From: Lingula anatina
Lineage: Eukaryota > Animalia > Brachiopoda
Direction: 5' to 3'
NCBI GenBank assembly: GCA_051362555.1
Contig: CM120643.1
Coordinates: 13,056,644-13,120,643 of the forward strand
DNA: 64,000 nt
Below are positions 39,887 to 52,805 of this stretch, one piece after another. The notes beneath the pieces were generated by a model. The model ran no database searches. It saw only the letters and a program-made list of their open reading frames with translations, and was not told where the DNA came from. Position numbers and translations under genes: made by a program. Each line of letters begins with the position of its first letter. The stretch's first letter is position 1.

Positions 39887-40095
39887 TGAGCAATTTTATC
39901 CATATTGTGTCTGAATACAACTAGTTTATTGTAAGGAGCAGTTCTTATCCATTTTTGTCTGAATACATTTCGTTTACCATAAGGAGCAACTCTTATCCAT
40001 AGTTCGTCTGAATACAATGTTTTAAATTATTCTGAAATCATTCTGTGCAAATACAATTGGTGTACCAAGGAGAAGTTCTAATCCATACTTTGTCC
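39887..40095. repeat. Degenerate ~47-bp minisatellite downstream of GPAA1
   Basis: Three to four copies of AAGGAGCARYTCTTATCCAT....GTCTGAATACA. Confidence 0.65.
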
Positions 40096-40650
40096 CATTT
40101 TATCTTTTTTCATAACTGAAAAGTCTCATGGTTGTAGGTAAAAGCTGATTTAATTCAATCAATATTCAATTTCCAACAAAATTGATGAACTAAACTACAT
40201 AACCTTATGCTGTCCCTGAGATCTTTGAAAAGGGGACCTGTGACTGCTACTAAGCTGAAAATTATTTGATCAATGCACTAAGTCTAGACTGTCTTTTGAG
40301 ATTGTTGAGGAAAAAAAAGACGTAACAATTATTGATTGCACTTCTAAGCACTGTCCAAACCCATCTCACAGCCAAGACAAAGGCATATCTTCCCAAGCCT
40401 TTCAACAAAATAGATATGACCGAGGATGTTACAGATATAACAAATCCTTTCATACTTGAATGATTCACAACAGTTTGACCAACATTTGGAGTCCTTGCTG
40501 CCTTTCTGTTGACACAGAGGTGCTAGATACAGACGTGAGCTTTTCCTAAGCCCTGTGCTTCACGTGATAAAGTGATATATATCCTTTTGTAAAACATCTG
40601 CAACATTATAAATAGCTCCATTGTAACCCAGGCTTGCACTTTCTTGTTTG

Positions 40651-40921
40651 TTATGACCCAATCCATATGAGACACCAAAATGCCAACCAATTTGGAAAAA
40701 TTCCTAAACAGATGACGCAATATGTCCAGCTGCCCAATAGCTGGCTCTCTACCATGCCCAGGATGAGTGGAGTCTTCATGTGATCCCAGCTCTGTACAAG
40801 CAGGGAGGCCACGTCTGCTACTTTCTCTGTCATCATTTGATTGGCTACCACTGTTATGTATAAAAGAAGGAATGGAGATACCAGGAGGAGGAATGAGGCA
40901 TGGAGTATCTGGACAATTCTG

Positions 40922-40953
<32 letters not shown>

Positions 40954-43900
40954 TATAATAATAATTAAGAATTTTTTTTGGAATTAAAAAGTTAAAATGC
41001 AACTATTTTTTGAAAATCATTTTTATTACATGGTACAAAATAGCTCTGACAGCATCATAAATGCAAAAGTCAAGCAGTGAAAATCTCACACAGCAACATG
41101 GGGTTCAAATTCAAGACATGACCAACACAAAAGCCCTAACATCCGATACCAACCTATTATTACTTGGCCACATAGCCACACACACTGGCACCATTACGGC
41201 AGCCAGAAAAAATGCTAGAGATATATTCATGAGTGCAATGCTAAACAGCACCAAGCCCTGCACAATGAGTGAGACACACTTCAATAGCTTCCAATCTGGA
41301 CGGCTTTTTTCTGAGAGTGACCTGAAATCATGAACAAAATAATTAATTAAATAGAAAGTGACACGGTTCTATTAGTAAACAATAAATGTAAATGCTCACT
41401 TCATTTACTGACTAGCAAAGATGGTCAATTTTCTCCCAAAAAATTATACACTTTTAAAGGTATCTGTTAATGTTTTCCTTCAATACTAAATTAAATGCAA
41501 TTACTATGCTTTTAAACACTACATTAGATTACATTACTTAACACAGCACAGCATGGATATTGCTAAAAATGATATTTTTCCATAAAACTTGTTACTATCC
41601 TGTAATATGAACAACAATTTGGCTTCCTGTTAGTGAGTCACGCCCCCCTCTTTTTGTAATTATATTTAAATTATATCTCAATATAATTACATTTGGTACA
41701 AGAAAAGACATAAGAAAATTGAAAGTATTCACCTTTCTCTTACATTTCGTCTGTTTTTTTTTTTCTTCAAACAGGGTTTTAATAGAAAGAAATTACTTAA
41801 ACAAACATGGAAATTTGCTAAAGAAAGTCCAGCTAATACCCTTTCAATCCTTGCCTCAAGACTTAACCCAAAGACACGTGACAGGATCTATCAGTTCAGA
41901 CTTAATATTTATTCTTTACCTTTTTAAAAACCTTGGCATGGCCAGGGATGACAGAAATAAAGCTAGCATCCCATAATGAACAGCTTCTGCCACATGTAGG
42001 TGTAATGGCATCCCTAAATCTACGAAGAAATCAGGACTGAAGTAGGCAAGGAGGCCAAACAGCTGCGTGATGAAGAGAATGGGGATCACACTCAGCAGGC
42101 CTTTCTTTTCTTCCTCCTGCAACAAAAGAATTAAACATAAAAATGAAAAAAAAATAATAATAATAATAAGAGCAATAATATAACACACAAGGAATAGTAA
42201 TGAAATGTAAACAGGTAGTATTTTTATTCAGTGTTAGCTTGTGTCCAGCTCAAATGATAAGACTTCTTTCAGTGATGTAAGAGCTATTCACTCTTTACGT
42301 TAATAGGACTTTTCATCATATAGTGCATTCACCACTGAAACTGATAAACTTCTTTGTTGATAAAATTCCACATTTATGGAACCACTGACAATTTATTTCA
42401 TGGCACTTAATTCCATTACTGTAATGCATGTTCTAATGAATCAATCAGAATAAAGTACTAATCAGACATTATTCTGTGTTTTTTTTTAATCACTGAACAT
42501 TAGTTGTGAGACAAAACATTTAATAGCCTAGGATCCCATTACGTTTCATCAGAACTGAATCTAAAATCTTAGAATTCCATCATTCCATGTAAAACGCTCA
42601 TGTCTGAATAATCAATAATAATTGGAATACTTTCAGATGTAAAAATTTAATTCTACATCTGTAACAAATATACCTGTGTAAAATTTGAAAAAATAAATGT
42701 TTTATGAAAAGCAAGGCCAAGGTTACTCACAAAGACGTATCAAATCCCAGTTCTACTTCAATCCCTGATCTCGATTTTAGAAAAAATATGTGCTGAGCTA
42801 CTATTTACCTTTTCCTCCTTGTGATCTTCAACTTCATTTTTCTGTACACTGTCCCCATTAGCCTGATCTGTTTCTTTCTTCTCTTTTTCAGTTGAAACAC
42901 CTTCCTCCACCGTCTCGGTACAGCTAATCCACATAGCCACTGCCTGAAGACTGTTAAGTTATAACAACCTATATGATTCTTTTGTAATTTGAGCAAAATC
43001 ATTCAAGAGCAATTGCATACACTAAATCACAATTTAAGCAGTGATTTTATAAAGTCACATCTGTTTTTTTTTCCTTTTTTCTTTTTGAGATAGGTGACAA
43101 AAAAAAACATGCCTAACTTTAAGAAAATATGTTGAAAAGCACTGTTTATTAATAACAAGTCAAATAATCACAAAGTGTAGATAACATAGTATTCAATGTA
43201 TGTAATATAATATAAACATGAGTCTAAAAAGGCTCAAGCTTTTAACATTTTGTACAACCTGTTTGAATGATCACTAATAAATCATAGTAAAGGATATTTT
43301 GATAAGACTCCCTGCCACCATTATGGCAAACGGAGGCATATAAAGACCTATGGAGACATATCTGCTGGTACTTGGGAGGAGGTAGAAGAAGAACGACTGG
43401 TGAAATCTCTCCAGAAGATTGTTTAGACTGCGGAAGATGCCCTCTACTGTTCTGTAACAAGAAGAAAGTGGCAGTGAAGTAGGGCTTAACAATACCAGCT
43501 GGATAACTGGTCAATAATTACATCTCATCATAGATCATCAGCGCAGGACCCGTTTGTCCTGAGGAAGGCTCTTGAGTAGAGCTGAAAATTTGACGGTAGG
43601 AAAGCATTGTCTGTGTAATTATTAATTCATGAATACCAGCTGGGCTTAAACATAAAATGGTTCTGAAAATGTAAACGACAATATATATGTAATATTTTTT
43701 GTTAATAAAAAAGCATCTTTGTCTACTTGTATGTAATAATAATAATAATAATAATATAATAATTCATTTTTCTATGGCGCATTCCATTAAAAATATCAAT
43801 GCGCCTTACAACATTCACTTAAAAGAGCTAAATAACACAATACTAGTATAAGAACACATTACAATTTTAAAGGACTAAGAACTAATTTAAAGAACCAATT

Positions 43901-46900
43901 ATTTCATATTCTAAAGTGATAAGAAACTAAAATCACAACATTTAAAATTAATCATAAAATTACAGTACACCTTATTAAAAACTAAAATTAACTATATGAT
44001 AGTTACTGATAGGCGATTCTAAAAATATGAGTCTTCAATGTATCTGTGCATGTGTTTTCTGACGTGTGTGCGAGCATGCAGGTGGACACGTATGCATTTT
44101 TGTAAGTAACTGAGTATATAAATACAAGGTTTGTGTCTTTTCAGTTATCACCATCATTGATCATTTGCTGAATGAATCGACTAATTGGAATATATTCTAA
44201 CTTTTCAAAGATTACAAAAATAAATAAATAAAAGAAAAAAACAAAAAAACAATACTGATAACATATGAAAAAAAAAAACAAAAAAAACCCTCAAAACAGA
44301 TCACCTTCCCATGGGCCCATATCCCTGAGCATGTTTTCCTTTCTCCTTCTTTCCCACTAGGGTCAGGGCCTCTATGTTATACTTGAGGAAGACCCCGTGG
44401 TTGTTATTGGCGCTGCCTGGAGCCTGGGTCCACATCATCAAGAACATGGTCTTCAGGTTCTGCAGATAACCCTCAAAGGTCTCTGGATGATAGGGGTCAT
44501 GCTGGCACAGAGTGGATAAACATATTAAGATGAACTCCTGCCAGTGTGCTTATACTGTGAAGTTAAGTCATCTTTTTTAATTTAACATAAGTCAATTATT
44601 TTAATCTATTTCAGTAACTTCACTTTGGAATGGACCCCAAGGTATGGACAAAGAAAAAGAGGAAGGCCAGTGAAACGATGGAGGGATGAATTAGATGACT
44701 ACTGGAAGTCGTGGAAGAAGAAACCTTGGCCAAACTGGAAATCTGAGGCTCAGGATAGGAAACAATGGAAAAAGCATGCTGAGGCCTTTGTCCAACAGTG
44801 GAACACTATAGGCTCTAAATGATGATGATGATGATTTCAGTAACTATATTTACAATTTAATCAAAATGAAGAAGTTGCTTATGTCTCCAAGAGGGAGATG
44901 CAATGCCATCAATAAGACTAAACTGTTAGTCCTGCAAGAGATTTTAAAAACTTGAATTATCATTTTTAAATTAGCACATTTTGATTCAGCCAAGTAGTTG
45001 TAAAATATTTAACACTAAAAGCCACAAAGCACATGAGTATAATTAGATAAAAAAGCATGTTACATGCTTGTTTTTTATAAGTGCAAGAACAGCACTCCTT
45101 AAAAAAAACAGAAATTGTTATGTAGTATCATAAGTGCAATTACCACAAATGCTTCAGTTACTGAAATACCACACAGGCTGAAACCTTTTTTTTTTTTTTT
45201 TTTTTTTTGGGGGGGGGGGAAGGGGGGTGTCAAGTAAGCATCAAAACATCAAAACAGAATTATTATTACTGTAACAAATTATCAAAATATTCATTTGATT
45301 AAGCTGAAGTTATTCATCAACCTATGTAAAACAAATAAAAAATACAATTCCAGAAATCTATTAATACCTGGTCTTTCAACAGCACATCAAAACCTTCCTG
45401 ACGACTTATACGAACTACCAGATTGAAGAGGTCAAGGTTAGGCAGCTGCCCATTCAAACCCTCAAGCCTGAAGTCAAACGATGAAATCTTATTGGTGGGA
45501 ACTTCCAGGTTAATGGCGGCCTGAATACTTCCTCCGTGTCCTTCCAGGCTGTTTGATGAAATCACTGAAAAATACACATTAGGGGATGATAGGTTGTAAT
45601 AACAGACTTTCTTAACTTTCTATAATTCTATGTTTTCTGGGTTTTTGATGTTTAAAGGGCTATTTAAGGACTATTTAAAAACTTCAGAAAAATTTAATAT
45701 TGTAATATTGATCCAAACCAGAAAACACAGTAGTAATTTCATCCTCTTAAACCCATCTAAACCAGAAAGGTCAAGGCAAGAGGAAGGCCGAGGAAGAAGT
45801 GGGTAAATGGAGTACAAGAAATCTTGCAATCGAACAACATCCCACTCAACCTAACATTCCAGCTCACCAGAGACAGAAAATTCTAACTCTTTCTCCCCTC
45901 GACACCCTAAAGGGTACAAGAATGATGAAAAAAAACAAACAAACAAAAAGGTAGTGTTTAGTTTGGGTCTCACATTCAGATTTGGTTTCGTGATAAGCAT
46001 CCAGCCAGGCCTGCATTCCTATGTACTCATGCTCTGTCACCACAAAGATGATGTCTTTGGCCCAATATGATGACTCTGAAATAAATAAATAAATAAATAA
46101 ATAAATAAAGGTGTGGATTTGTAATAAAAACCTGCAAATAATACACTGGGGAATTTCAATTAAAGTCTGCTCTTATGATAATATTCAGCAGGAGTTCCCT
46201 CAGAGCTGAATCAATCAATGTAGAAGAACAGTTTCAATGGGAATGAGCCCTTACTTCTGAAGTGATTAGCCATGGTCAGCATGAGGGCCAGACCACCATG
46301 TGTCTTGTCCATTACAGTGGTCACTGTTCTAAAGGGGACGGTCAGCACCAAGGCCTCCGTGCTTGCTGCACGAGATGCACGCATGATGGCATACACATTT
46401 TGGCCAGGAATTTGCTGTAAAAAGGAAGATAAGAGCAGCATTAATTACAGTGGTAAATTTGGCAAAACCGTGATGTTCTGTGTTGTGGGGTGGTAGGGGA
46501 CACACACACACACACACACACACATTTGTCTTAAGTTAACAAAACCATCGAGAAAAAATAATCAGATTTTTTACCTTAAAAAAAATAAAAAGAGTCCAAT
46601 TTAAAAATACAAATGTAAAACCACATTAAAAATTTATATCCATTCAGACTTGCCTTTTCTCCAAATATTTTGAGTGGGTATCTAAAGGTGAAATTGTGTA
46701 TGTATACATCCAGTCCCAGGTCCATAAACTGGTTATATATCCACTTCACTGGCATGACGCTAAAGAACAGGGCACATTTCACTAGGATCAGTTTAAAACT
46801 AGGAAAGCACTCAGAGAGCACAGACCTCTACCAAAAATAAATAATTAACTAATCATCAACCATTAATTAATTAATTCATGGATCATCACCATAATCTATT

Positions 46901-47897
46901 ACTTTTAAGTCAATCTATTTTATGGAAAATTTCATCACAATCCATTTATAGCTTTCTGAGTTAAGCTGGTGAAAAACAAACAAACAAGCAAACAAACAGA
47001 GGTGAAACATCTTTCCTTACCCTTACTAAACCCTACTCCGAAATCTTGAGTAAATAACTGTGCTTTTATTATCAATGATTATAACTTTATATTGGTGGCA
47101 AATGGATAACACAGTACACAGAGTGCATATTACAAATATCATATGCAAATAAGACCCCATTCCCACAGATTTTAGATCGATCTATCCCTGTGGGGAGTCT
47201 CACTAGATTACTGTCAGCTTAGCTGGCTTAAGCGTCTGTCCCGCCTACTAAAAGCTGTAAGGGGATAATTAACTGTCGTGCGCCCTCGGCTGACTGCAAT
47301 TTAGCGTGAACCCCCAGGGAGTTAGGTCGATCCGGATGGATCGATCTAAATGTCTGGGAATGCACTCTAAGACACTTACTTTTTATCTTTATTCAATTCA
47401 CTTTTTAGCTGACTATAATATCCCTCTGCTTCTGAATCTCCATAAAATTGGCTCCTCACTAAACCTAAAATAAAACAATTCACCCAAGTCTAATTTTCAT
47501 TTAAAATGTAAATGTAGTGTCTCTAAGCACAACCATAGTTAGGCTACTGGAACCTTTTTTACTTTGCTTTAAACGAAACTGAATGCACCTGAAAATTCAT
47601 TAGCCCCTAACTGCTAGAGGAGGCGTGTCATTCATTTAATTGCATACAGCAAGAGACCCCACGGGATTGGATTGATCTACTTAAAACAATTATTTTACTG
47701 GGAACACACCCTGTCTTATTCTTACCAGGAAGGAGAGCATTCTCTGAGAAATAGGTCCCTGCATTTAATTCTTGGTATGCCAAAGCCAGGAACCATGATA
47801 ACCCGACTACATAACATAAGAAGCATATTTTGTTGTTGTGTCTGGTTATGCTGCCCACAATGGTGGCCCTGGAAGTTGGGTTTGTTAGCAAACCCAT
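40651..47897 (-). CDS. GPAA1: GPI transamidase component GPAA1/Gaa1. Coding exons 47897-47726, 47464-47380, 46759-46654, 46414-46255, 46075-45974, 45564-45368, 44501-44305, 43451-43298, 42943-42809, 42116-41920, 41321-41154, 40918-40651
   Basis: Diagnostic motifs: [91 protein letters not shown] and [24 protein letters not shown]...SIGLYMP, followed by C-terminal TM segments. The frame is continuous if coding intron 3 is GC-AG and coding intron 8 is U12-type. Confidence 0.95.
42944..43297 (-). other. U12-type (minor spliceosome) intron of GPAA1 with apparent AT-AG termini
   Basis: The 5' site is AAA|ATATCCTTT (43297-43289), a perfect U12 donor consensus. A branch-like AACTTAAC (42960-42953) lies 9 nt before ...TCTTCAG|GCA. 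The join reads LIK|AVAMW in frame. Confidence 0.85.
43734..44040 (-). mobile_element. 3' end of a CR1/L2-type LINE (GPAA1 coding intron 7)
   Basis: The minus strand begins TTGAAGACTCATATTTTT (LKTHIF, like the CR1/L2 ORF2 C-terminus) and ends GTAAGGCGCATTGA...ATGCGCCATAGAAA followed by an (ATT)n tail. Confidence 0.55.
44620..44833 (+). mobile_element. 5'-truncated RTE-clade LINE with TSD, antisense in GPAA1 coding intron 6
   Basis: It encodes an RTE-type C-terminus [22 protein letters not shown]...[18 protein letters not shown] and has a (GAT)n tail. A 12-bp TSD ATTTCAGTAACT lies at 44608-44619 and 44834-44845. Confidence 0.9.
46415..46653 (-). other. GC-AG intron of GPAA1
   Basis: Donor AAG|GCAAGT, acceptor TTTTACAG|CAA. 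Phase 0 joins ...KIFGEK to QIPGQNVY. I saw no comparably good in-phase GT donor nearby. Confidence 0.75.
47153..47367. mobile_element. ~210-bp MITE family, copy 2 (GPAA1 coding intron 2)
   Basis: Same TIRs and interior as 5174-5388, flanked by TAA on both sides (Harbinger-type TSD). It is inserted about 12 nt from the exon donor. Confidence 0.8.
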
Positions 47898-48295
47898 GTC
47901 ACTTGTTAACACAGTATGGCACCAGTAGTATTGACACCACTCTGAAAAAAATGTAGCATTACTAACACTATGAACAAAAAATTAAAAACACGTTTTTTTT
48001 TCTATTTTTAATGTGAAGAATAGACCGCATGCTTGCCAGGGACTCTCTTGCTCTATGAGTTTGAAAACATGCAGGTTGAGTACGTGTATAAGTACTGTAA
48101 GGAATATCTGAATATTCATTACTGCAACTCGAGCTTTTTGCAATTCCACAGGCTCCGTCTCACTCTGAACCAGTTACTGTCAAAATATTACATAAAATAA
48201 TATCACGTGCAGTTGACAAACTCATGGCATCAGGGACAGGGACAATGGCCCTGTGCGGGTAGATCTAGAAATCACGCAAACACAAATCGAATTAC

Positions 48296-48588
48296 CTTTG
48301 TTAACCGATATAGGGGCGAGTTGATTCAAAGGAAACTCATGCAAACCGGAAATGAAAGACCGGATGCGTGAGTTCAAATGCGCATTGGGCTATTACCTCA
48401 TACCTCTTAAAATATAATCCAAATTTTCAATTTTCTGGTTAAAAATACTATAATATTTACTAAATATATCAATAAAATATTCAATTGCTTTTGATTATCA
48501 AATTGATATTGATATTAGATACATTCAAAAACAAATTGAATGTAATTTATTGTCGGACATTAATAACTGCGGTAGCCACTGTTACAAA
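48296..48588. promoter_or_regulatory. Putative bidirectional promoter GPAA1/CYC1, including a probable non-coding first exon of GPAA1
   Basis: A minus-strand donor (AAG|GTAAT at 48295) and acceptor (47942-47943) define a 5'UTR intron. Motifs present: ETS-like CCGGAAAT (48346) and CCGGATG (48360), ATGCGCAT (48378) and an inverted CCAAT (ATTGG, 48384). CYC1 ATG is at 48589. Confidence 0.6.
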
Positions 48589-51500
48589 ATGTCTGCCCTA
48601 CTGGCAAAAGCGTCGAGACAGGGCTTTTTACAAGCCAAAACATCAATAAGTTCGCAGGGGGTAAGTCTAAGCGAAAAGCTCTTTTACTGCAAATTGTTGT
48701 CATTTTAATCTTACTACAGTCATAGATGAATCGTGCTCTTCAACAGCTCAAAAATCTAACCACCTACCCACGTCACGTAGTCCACCTAAATATTGCAGAT
48801 CGAGATGCATACTTTGAATAAGCAGTTCCACGCACCAAGGACGTATATTGAATATATTAAATATACGTCCTTGCACGCACTGACTGTGAACGTTTGGCGA
48901 ACGTTCGATTCTTGAATTTGTGTCTGCCGAAAAAGCAGTCCTCAACAATCCATTTACGGGCTAAATTAATGCTTGTTCTTAAGCATTTTCTCCCCCCCCC
49001 CACCCCCCCCCCCCCACCCCCCCACCTATCGAATTTTGTGCCTCAGCACGTACATGGTAAAAGTCTACATGAGCTAAACCATGAAAGATGTATGTGCAAT
49101 CATGTGATATATGTGAAATCATTGTCAACTAGTGTGTAAGGTTTTAAAGTTAACTTAAAAGCTCTGATCGTTGACATCAGTCATTCTGTAATGACAATTT
49201 GGTAATTGACATTGTTGACCTAACTCCGCAAATTATTATGATTTGTTTCTGTATTATCAGATCATATGCCATGTTTCAACTCTAGAAAAGCTAGTAACTA
49301 ATAGTTCTTCTTGAGTTGGAATGTGATAAAAGGTTTTAATACATTAGACATCATAATGATTTGTAAAATTACATCAAACTATCAGTTACCCGATACTTCT
49401 TTTCTAATGTAAATGTCTTGAGTGCATTATATGTATTCTGTTGTCAGTATAGTATATTAGGGTATTATATTTTATGAATCTATTCTAATGTTTTTGTACA
49501 TATTTTATACAACAGTTTTATTTGCTTTTCAGGCATGTATATCAACTGGCAGAAGGTTTTCTAGGAAGAAGATTGTAAGTGCTAACAAATCCTGCTTGAA
49601 ATATAGTCTGGATCAGGAAATCACTATTTTCAACAAATTTCTAAAGACTTTAACAATGGGGTACATTGTATAAGTTACAAAATGGGGATAACTTATACAA
49701 TGGGGTACATTGTATAAGTTATCCCCATTTTGTAAGAGTACTTGTGACGTTTGATCTATTCTTTTGAAATAAATAACCTTTAAATCTGCATATTTTAAAT
49801 ATTGAAAAATTAAATGAAAAAAGTTGTTCTTTGTAATAACATTGTTTTTCTTCTGTCTTTTCAACAGAGAAGTTAAGTTGGCTGTTAGTGTTTAACTGTT
49901 TGAATCTTGGATGAATGCACAGTAGTTCACTAAAATACAGTAACCAAGGATTTCCCCAGAGAGCTTACAAGTTGTCATTTGGAGGGGCACTGGCCTCAAA
50001 AGAGAGCCTATATTTTCAAAGACAGCTGTACATAATTTATGATATTTTGGAGACTGACAGTATATTTGTAGTTGGACTCCCTGTAAATCGGTGACCAAAT
50101 TGCAGATTATAATTTTGGACTCCCCTGTACCCCAAATCCTGGGGAAACCCCTAACATTAACTACTTGTCAACAACATTGGCCATTTTGTACTAGTTGTAA
50201 TAAAGGACCATTGCCGATTTATCATCCTTGGTCAGGGAAGATGTCAGTTTCTCTCTTAATAAGCAACGACAAACTTTCAGCTTTATTTTTTTCATGAAAC
50301 CACACGTTACCAGTCCCTGTTAACATTGACTATAACTATTTCCAGGCATTGGCAGTAGCTGGTGGGGTGTTAGGGGTTGGCTCAGTAGGAGTTGGTATGG
50401 CCCTTCTCAGACCTGCTAATGCGCAAGAGCTGATCCTTCATCCTCCCCATTACCGCTGGGACTTCAAGGGTTATTTTGCTGCATATGATAAAGCCAGGTA
50501 AGATTAAGAGTTCTCCAACTAGATAATGCGTTATAAATTATTTTTATTTATTTATTTCATTTCTTTTTTTTTCCCCCTGACTAGTGTTTAAAAAAAAAAA
50601 AGGCTGACCAAGTGCCACAAAGTTTCTTTTGGTATAACTTAGAGAATTACCAAAGGATATTGTTTCATTTATCTGAAAAGTTATTTGAATTGGTATTTTC
50701 TGTTTACTTTCTGTGCTGTATTATATATAACTGGGGCAGTTAGCTAGGTTGATTTCAACCAAAAATTTGTAGAAGGTGCTGTTTTAAAGCTCTTTTACGG
50801 CAGAACGAGTGATTAGTTGGGTATGTCCCTTAGCGTGTCGGCTTTATTTGAGTGGTATATAAGAAACTGATAGAAGTGGTTCGATGAGTTACTGGAAATC
50901 CACGCTTAGATCTAGTGTGTCTATGACCCCATTTCCAGAGATTAGATCGATCTACTTTAGATCGACCTAACTCCCTGGGGGTTCACGCTAAATAGCTGTC
51001 AGCCGAGCGGACACGAAAGTTAATTACCCCCTTACAGCTTGTAGTAGGCGGGACGGATATTTAAGCCGGATTATCTGACAGTAATCTAGTGAGACTCCCC
51101 GCGAGGATAGATGGATCTAAAAGCTCTGGGAATACAGCCTAATGATGTTAGAGGTTGTTAAACAGGACAAAGGCATATGTATACTTTCACTTTGAGTGGA
51201 TTTTCTTAATGATTTAGTGAAAGGTATGCTAGCATGCTTTACTATAATAGTATCAAATGATTTTCAAGCCTATACTGGTAGAGAGGCATCACTAGGCATT
51301 TGATACAGAACAATTAATTGAAATTGAATACATTATTTTCTAAAGTAAATTTGACCTCAATTCGTCCAATAAAAATGATTATAAAGTTCTCAATAGTGTT
51401 TTTCACCAGACACATTTTATTACCAGCAGGCCTTAATGAATTTTGAAATGAAAAAATATACTTAAAGAATTGTGTGTACATTTTGTGAGCAGTTACAATA

Positions 51501-52764
51501 ATTCTTACCTCCAGTGTACGGAGAGGCTACCAGGTCTACAAGCAAGTGTGTGCCGCGTGTCACACCATGGAAGCTTTGTGCTACCGCCATCTTGTGGACG
51601 TGTGTTACTCAGAGAGGGAAGCAAAGAGAGAAGCTGAAGAGGTATAGAGAAAAAAAAAAGATAGAAATCGTATGTTTTAATGCAAACTTTTCTACTTCCT
51701 TTCTTTCTGATAATCTTTTCTGTGTGTTGTTGTTCCATGTTCTTTGTTACTGTTGTTTACTTATTATTATGTGTATGAAGTTGTATGAAGTTGTTTGAAA
51801 TCCAAATCCCTCAGTTGAATTAGTGGGGTCTTCTGTTCATTCTATTTTCAGGCTATGGTATGGGATGGACCAAATGATGCAGGGCAGATGTTTCAGAGAC
51901 CTGGAAAACTCTCTGATCCTTTCCCTAAGCCTTATGATAATGTAGAAGCAGCAAAGGCAGCAAACAATGGAGCCTATCCACCAGATCTTGGCCATGTTGT
52001 CCTAGCAAGAGAAGAAGCAGAGGTACGGAGTTTATAGGACACAGTTGTTTTCAAAGAAAACGGTCAGATTTAGGATAACAAAACACAAGGCTCATGGGGT
52101 TCCTTTTAATCTTAACCTTTTCCAAGTGTAGTAGTTAAACCTGTTTGTAACTGGGGTTTGTATTGTCCTCGTTATTCAAATTATAGATGACCCAGCTTGT
52201 AACTCGTTCAAATCCAGTATTGATACATTGGCATTTCCAAGGAAAAGGAGATCATGTCAGGTACAAATGTTTTGTGCAACCTGCCCGGGGTAGCGCTAGC
52301 AATTTTTTTCCCTTAGCCAAATCACCACTTTTTTTTTGTCAATTTGTTATCCAAATGGTTCTTATCTGACTAAAATTAGTCAAATCAAGCCCTTTTTGTT
52401 TAGCCAATTTAAGTCAGTTTTAGCATTTGGCTAAGTTGGCAAGTGTTAGCCTGCATTAAACAAATAAACTGCACATTTTCTTAACTTTCAACTCTTATTT
52501 TTACAAATTTTTACTGCCAATACACTGGCATGCTCTCCAGCCTGAATATTACTCAATTAATTTAAGTTAATAATGAAGAATTGTATATTCCATTGTTCTT
52601 TGTAGAGCTACATCTTCGCCCTGCTGACTGGATACTGTGATCCTCCTGCTGGTTATGAATTAGCTGATGGCATGGCTTACAACCCGTATTTCGCTGGGGG
52701 CGCTATAAGCATGGCACAAGCACTTTACAATGAAATCATAGAGTATGAAGATGGTAAGAAAACT

Positions 52765-52805
<41 letters not shown>

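Noticed and set aside
42262-42345. Possible C/D box snoRNA in a GPAA1 intron (ATGATGA...CTGA on the minus strand)
   Set aside because: The C-to-D span is only ~50 nt, with no proper terminal stem or D'/C' order and no guide target I could identify.
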